From positions 3,403,814 to 3,435,813 of the forward strand of contig NZ_CP118164.1 in the NCBI RefSeq assembly GCF_028748185.1: a DNA stretch of 32,000 bases. Reading direction: 5' to 3'. Positions 27,581 through 32,000 of the stretch are shown piece by piece. Made by a program: the position numbers and the translations under genes. Below the pieces are notes generated by a model. The model did not search any database. It was not told the origin of the DNA and saw only the letters and a program-made list of their open reading frames with translations. Numbering within the stretch: the first letter of the stretch is position 1; each line of letters begins with the position of its first letter. Source of the DNA: Bremerella sp. P1. GTDB lineage: Bacteria > Planctomycetota > Planctomycetia > Pirellulales > Pirellulaceae.

Positions 27581-28780
27581 ATGGCATTGGTTAGCTGGGT
27601 TCGAGGTCGTGTTTTTAACTTCGTTCACCGTAACAACTTAGTGTACAACACGTGCTGGGAAGACCCCCGTTTGGACCGGGTCGCCCTGGAGATTCAACCT
27701 CACCACAATGTGATGGTCATCACGTCGGCAGGTTGCAACGCGCTAGACTACGTTCTGGCCGGCGCAAACCACGTTTATGCCGTCGACATGAATCCACGGC
27801 AAAACGCCCTGTTGGATCTCAAGAAGGCGGCCATCCAGAACCTGGAGTATGAAGACTTCTTCTCCATGTTCGGCAAAGGGCAGCTGCTCGACTTCAAGGA
27901 TACGTACAAGTCGCAGCTGCGTGGCTCGCTGCCGGAATGGTCTCGCAGCTATTGGGATCGGAAGATCAAGTACTTCCGCCCTCGCAAGAAACGCAGCTTC
28001 TATTTTCGCGGTACGTCCGGTGCGTTCGCCAAGGTGGTGAACATGTACGTCGAGAACGTCTTGCGGATGCGACCGCTGGTTCTCGACTTGCTCGATGCGA
28101 AGAACCTGGACGAGCAGAAAGAGATCTTTGAGGTCATCGACCGAAAGTTGTGGACCGGGCCGCTCAAGTTTGCCATGAGCCGCGACACGACCTGGAGCCT
28201 GGTCGGTGTGCCACGAGCCCAGCGCGAGCACTTGGAGAAGCAATACTCCAACGGCATCGTCGACTTCGTGCAGGACAACATGCGAGCCGTCTTCGCCGAG
28301 TTGCCAATCCAGGACAACTACTTCTGGCGCGTCTACGTCACCGGCCAGTACACCGAACAGTGTTGCCCCGAGTACCTCAAGCCTGAAAACTTCCAGAAGT
28401 TGAAGGACGGATTGGTACATAAGGTCAGCACGCATACCGACTCGGTACAGCACTTCCTCGAGAAGCACGACGGGCATCCAATTCATCGCCTGGTGCTGTT
28501 GGATCATCAAGACTGGCTGACCGACAAGCTCTACTTTGCCTTGGAAAACGAATGGCAGGCCATCGCCAACCGGATGGAAGGGGAAGAAGATGCCCGCATC
28601 ATCTGGCGCACCGGCGGCTTGAACACGGACTTCATCGACGAAGTCGAGATCACTCATAACGGTCAAAAGAAGCAGGTTGGCGAACTGTTGACCTACAACC
28701 AGCCACTGGCCGACGAGCTTCACGTCAAGGATCGCGTGCATACCTACGGGGCGTTCCGAATCGCGGACATCGCTGCCTAA
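27581..28780 (+). CDS. btaA: DUF3419 family, BtaA-like S-adenosylmethionine:diacylglycerol 3-amino-3-carboxypropyl transferase
   Basis: VYNTCWEDPRLDRVAL, VMVITSAGCNALDYVLAGANHVYAVDMNPRQNALLDLKKAAI and HRLVLLDHQDWL, characteristic of BtaA/DUF3419. Confidence 0.88.
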   Translation: MALVSWVRGRVFNFVHRNNLVYNTCWEDPRLDRVALEIQPHHNVMVITSAGCNALDYVLAGANHVYAVDMNPRQNALLDLKKAAIQNLEYEDFFSMFGKGQLLDFKDTYKSQLRGSLPEWSRSYWDRKIKYFRPRKKRSFYFRGTSGAFAKVVNMYVENVLRMRPLVLDLLDAKNLDEQKEIFEVIDRKLWTGPLKFAMSRDTTWSLVGVPRAQREHLEKQYSNGIVDFVQDNMRAVFAELPIQDNYFWRVYVTGQYTEQCCPEYLKPENFQKLKDGLVHKVSTHTDSVQHFLEKHDGHPIHRLVLLDHQDWLTDKLYFALENEWQAIANRMEGEEDARIIWRTGGLNTDFIDEVEITHNGQKKQVGELLTYNQPLADELHVKDRVHTYGAFRIADIAA

Positions 28781-28807
28781 GTCACGCCAATCTTTGAGGA
28801 GCATCGG

Positions 28808-29542
28808 ATGAGTCTGGCTTCGGACCTGAAAGTCTTGTATCACCTTGCCGTGAAGCCGGTGAAGGGTGACAACCACGCCGAGCGACTGGACAGCTTTTAC
28901 AGCGGTCAGGCAGGCGCGTACGACGACTTTCGCAAACGCCTGCTCAAAGGGCGGGAAGAGATGTACCGCTCGATCGATCCGCCACAAGATGCCGTGTGGG
29001 TCGACATGGGAGGTGGAACTGGCTCGAATCTCGAGTTCATTTCCGATCGCATTGGCCAGCTGAAGCAGGGCTATGTGGTCGATCTGGCATCGTCTCTCTT
29101 GAAAGTCTGTGATGACCGCATCCAGGAACGCGGTTGGAACAATGTGAAGACGGTCGAAGCGGACGCCACGACCTGGACGCCTGACGAAGGGTACGCCGAC
29201 GTCGTGACGTTTTCCTACTCGCTGACGATGATTCCGGATTGGTTCGCGGCAATCGACAACGCGCTGCGGATCTTGAAGCCAGGCGGAACGATCGGTGTAG
29301 TCGATTTCTACGTTTCGCGCAAGTTCCCGGATGAGGCTCTCAAGCGACATTCGTGGTTCACGCGAAGTTTCTGGCCGGTCTGGTTCGCGTCAGATAACGT
29401 CTTTCCTTCGCGGGATCACGTCCCCTATTTGCAGCGACACTTTGAAACCACCAAACTAGAAGAGAATCGCGCCAAGGTTCCTTACTTGTTGTGGTTCAAG
29501 ACGCCGTACTACATCTTCACTGGTACGAAACGCGAGTCGTAG
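28808..29542 (+). CDS. btaB: Class I SAM-dependent methyltransferase, BtaB-like
   Basis: [57 protein letters not shown]. 27 bp downstream of the btaA-like gene on the same strand. Confidence 0.8.
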   Translation: MSLASDLKVLYHLAVKPVKGDNHAERLDSFYSGQAGAYDDFRKRLLKGREEMYRSIDPPQDAVWVDMGGGTGSNLEFISDRIGQLKQGYVVDLASSLLKVCDDRIQERGWNNVKTVEADATTWTPDEGYADVVTFSYSLTMIPDWFAAIDNALRILKPGGTIGVVDFYVSRKFPDEALKRHSWFTRSFWPVWFASDNVFPSRDHVPYLQRHFETTKLEENRAKVPYLLWFKTPYYIFTGTKRES

Positions 29543-29600
29543 GTCCGCATGTGGCCTTTGTTAGCCCAATGGAACTTCCACTAGCGAAATAGGTAAGCCC

Positions 29601-30254
29601 GTGGCGAAATCGGTTCTCTCACCATCCTTCCTGTTTCAGTATTCGGTCCCGCTGAACTATCGCGAGAAGATCTGGCAGCAAAAGCCGCTGGCCTACTCCG
29701 ACGACTACAAGCTGCGCGGGTTCGGAGAACTCGACAGCCGGAAGCAGTTTGCCGATGTCCGTGGTGGGTGGAACGAGCGAGGCGTTTCTTTCTCAGTGCT
29801 GGTCTCTGGGAAACGTCAGCCGGTATGGTGCCGCGAGAGTCGCGTTGACGAGAGTGATGGCTTTCAACTCTGGATTGATACTCGGGCAACGCACAACGTG
29901 CACCGCGCGACGCGGTTCTGCCATCGGTTTGCCTTCCTGCCCATCGGTGCCGGCCCAAGCTACCGCGACCCGGTTGGCGATCAGCTGCTAATCAATCGGG
30001 CACGAGAGAATGCGAATCCGGTCCGCCCTGGTGATTTGCGGGTCCGCGGAACGTTGACCAAAGATGGCTACCTGCTGGAGTGCTGCGTGCCGGCGACTAG
30101 CCTGACCGGGTATGATCCGAGCGAATACGACAAGCTCGGTTTCTTTTACGCCGTTATGGATCGCGAACTGGGATGGCAGACGCAGAGCGTCAACACGCAG
30201 TTTCCCATCGACGAAGATCCCAGCATCTGGACGACGCTCGAGCTGGTTCGTTAG
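29601..30254 (+). CDS. CBM9/DOMON-like hypothetical protein
   Basis: 217-aa ORF with VDESDGFQLWIDTRATHNVHRATRFCHRF and YLLECCVPATSLTGYDPSEYDKLGFFYAVMDRELG, resembling CBM9-type beta sandwiches. Confidence 0.6.
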   Translation: MAKSVLSPSFLFQYSVPLNYREKIWQQKPLAYSDDYKLRGFGELDSRKQFADVRGGWNERGVSFSVLVSGKRQPVWCRESRVDESDGFQLWIDTRATHNVHRATRFCHRFAFLPIGAGPSYRDPVGDQLLINRARENANPVRPGDLRVRGTLTKDGYLLECCVPATSLTGYDPSEYDKLGFFYAVMDRELGWQTQSVNTQFPIDEDPSIWTTLELVR

Positions 30255-31876
30255 TAGTCACGCAGGATCTCAACGGCGGCGTTCTTGCCGCATGCTCCCA
30301 TCACGCCACCACCGGGATGGCTGGCAGCTCCGCAAAGGTAAAGCCCCTTCACCGGCGTGCGATGATCGGCCCAGCCTGGAATCGGCCGCATAGCGAAGAG
30401 CTGGTTGAAGTTCATTGCCCCTTGCATGATGTTCCCGCCGGTCAGCCCGTAGACGCGTTCGAGATCCAGTGGCGAAAGGACTTGGCGATGCATGACCGCG
30501 CCGGGCACGTTTGGGGCGTACTGTCCAATTTTGGCGATGCAGCGATCGGCAAACGATTCTTTGATGTCGTCCCAGTTGGCGTCGCGCAGGTTATAAGGAG
30601 CGTACTGGACGAAGATCGACAGAATGTGCTTCCCTTCCGGGGCAATGGTTTTATCGACCGATGTGGGCATCGTCATTTCCAGAATCGGTTCTTCACTCGC
30701 ACGACCATACTTGGCGTCGTCGTAGGCGCGTTCGATGTAGTCCATCGTCGGCGAGATGTGCATCGTCCCGCGATGAATGGGACTGAGACCCGATTCTGGA
30801 TAAGCCGTAAACTGCGGCGGCTCGGCTAGTGCCAGGTTGATCTTGGCGGAGGCGGAAGCATAGTCGATATTCGAGATGGCCCGCAGGAAGTCGGCCGGCA
30901 GTTGATCCGGCGAAAGGAACTTGCGGAACGTCAGGTTCGCGTCCACGCTCGAAGCCACCACCTTGGATTCGTAGGTCGTGCCATCTTCGAGCTCAACCCC
31001 TTGGATCTTGCTGTCGCTGGTGTGGATCTTCGCGACCGGTGCCTCGCGGACGATCGTCACGCCCATCTCTTCGCACGTCTTGGCCAACGACGCGGCGATG
31101 CCGCCCATGCCTCCTTCGACGAACCCCCACACGCCCCGTTTGCCGCCAGCTTCTCCCATCACGTGATGCAGCAGCACGTAAGCGGTCCCGGGTGCCGAGA
31201 TCGATGCGAACGCGCCGATGATGGCGTCGGTTGCCAGGGTTGCTCGAAGCGGTTCGCTTTCAAACCACCGTTCCAGAATCGGTCGGGCAGCGCCTGAGAG
31301 AAGCTCGATTGCTTCCGGGATTTCTCCGCCGAGTTTGCCGAACGTTTGATAGAAGCTCCACAGTCGCGATGTATCGCGAAGTCGCTTGGTAAGCGGAATG
31401 CTGCGCCAATCTTTGGGCATCGGTAGCGGATCAGGTGCCGTCTTCATCAGGATCGGTTCGACGACCGCGGCAATACGTTCCAGCAGCTCGTTGTACTTCG
31501 GATACTGCTGGGCGTCTTGCTGGCTGAACTTGGCGATTTCCTTCGTGTTACTGGCGACGTCGTGCCCCAGCAGCAAATAGCGACCGTCGTCGGTAGGGGT
31601 GAACGAAGCCGGGTCACGCGGCAGGATCTTCAGGCCGTTTTGTTTCAGCTTCAGGTCACGAATGATCTCCGGCAGCAGCAGGCTGACGACGTACGAGGCG
31701 GTCGAGACCTTGAAGCCGGGCCAAAGTTCTTCACTAGTCGAGCAGCCCCCGAGCACGTGCCGACGTTCGAGTACGGCGACTCTCTTACCGGATTTGGCCA
31801 GATACGCAGCGGTAATTAAGCCGTTGTGTCCAGCGCCGATTACGACGCAATCATAGTGCCCGCCACCAGATGCCAT
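30251..31876 (-). CDS. NAD(P)/FAD-dependent oxidoreductase, PYROXD2 / phytoene-desaturase-like
   Basis: YDCVVIGAGHNGLITAAYLAKSGKRVAVLERRHVLGGCS dinucleotide-binding motif; C-terminal GLYLCGAASHPGGGVMGACGKNAAVEIL. Confidence 0.9.
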   Translation of the reverse strand: MASGGGHYDCVVIGAGHNGLITAAYLAKSGKRVAVLERRHVLGGCSTSEELWPGFKVSTASYVVSLLLPEIIRDLKLKQNGLKILPRDPASFTPTDDGRYLLLGHDVASNTKEIAKFSQQDAQQYPKYNELLERIAAVVEPILMKTAPDPLPMPKDWRSIPLTKRLRDTSRLWSFYQTFGKLGGEIPEAIELLSGAARPILERWFESEPLRATLATDAIIGAFASISAPGTAYVLLHHVMGEAGGKRGVWGFVEGGMGGIAASLAKTCEEMGVTIVREAPVAKIHTSDSKIQGVELEDGTTYESKVVASSVDANLTFRKFLSPDQLPADFLRAISNIDYASASAKINLALAEPPQFTAYPESGLSPIHRGTMHISPTMDYIERAYDDAKYGRASEEPILEMTMPTSVDKTIAPEGKHILSIFVQYAPYNLRDANWDDIKESFADRCIAKIGQYAPNVPGAVMHRQVLSPLDLERVYGLTGGNIMQGAMNFNQLFAMRPIPGWADHRTPVKGLYLCGAASHPGGGVMGACGKNAAVEILRDY

Positions 31877-32000
31877 ACGAAACCAATCCTTGCTGAGGGA
31901 AGTCTGCGACTGAGGGATATCAATCTAGACTTCGCCAGAAGCAGGCAGGAAAGTTTACCTTGGCGCTGGGAATCGAATCGATCGGTACAACCGCGATAAG

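Noticed and set aside
27743-29350. 535-aa minus-strand ORF.
   Set aside because: It lies antisense across both the btaA-like and btaB-like genes, which have diagnostic motifs. Long shadow ORFs are common in GC-rich coding DNA.
31930-32000. Possible tRNA-like end (GGGAATCGAATCGATC).
   Set aside because: No acceptor stem pair or anticodon arm could be formed from the visible sequence.

Overview
This looks like an ordinary-density chromosomal window from a planctomycete, probably Pirellulales (inferred from protein families such as a TIGR03009-like protein and DUF1080, and from gene order). I found no rRNA, tRNA, CRISPR array, prophage or transposase that I can support. The window holds about 22 genes: a membrane-bound NfeD/ClpP-class protease (partial), a TIGR03009-like protein, a HAD phosphatase, a D-2-hydroxyacid dehydrogenase, an EVE protein, a voltage-sensor-like membrane protein, DUF1080, ilvE, adk, an AHSQG hydrolase, an SGNH/rhamnogalacturonan-acetylesterase-like protein, an alpha/beta hydrolase, PIN-PhoH, a soluble FlhA/SctV C-domain homologue, FxsA, bioF, a secreted hypothetical, a Ycf48-like propeller protein, a divergent RNase HII-like protein, sufS, a Cys-rich peptide plus DUF692 plus DUF2063 cassette, a btaA/btaB-like pair, a CBM9-like protein and a PYROXD2-like oxidoreductase. 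The strongest leads are: (1) 15125-16639, a soluble protein that joins an apparent Sm-like N-terminal domain to the cytoplasmic C-domain of the flagellar/type III export gate FlhA/SctV, with no membrane domain and no secretion genes nearby; (2) 25021-27325, a bufferin-type RiPP cassette whose Cys-rich precursor has both a Tat motif and a lipobox; (3) 5785-6693, a pore-less voltage-sensor-like protein with a C-terminal coiled coil, an Hv1-like layout; (4) 27581-29542, a btaA-btaB-like betaine-lipid gene pair; (5) 22546-23559, an RNase HII-like protein with GYG in place of the GRG substrate-recognition motif.
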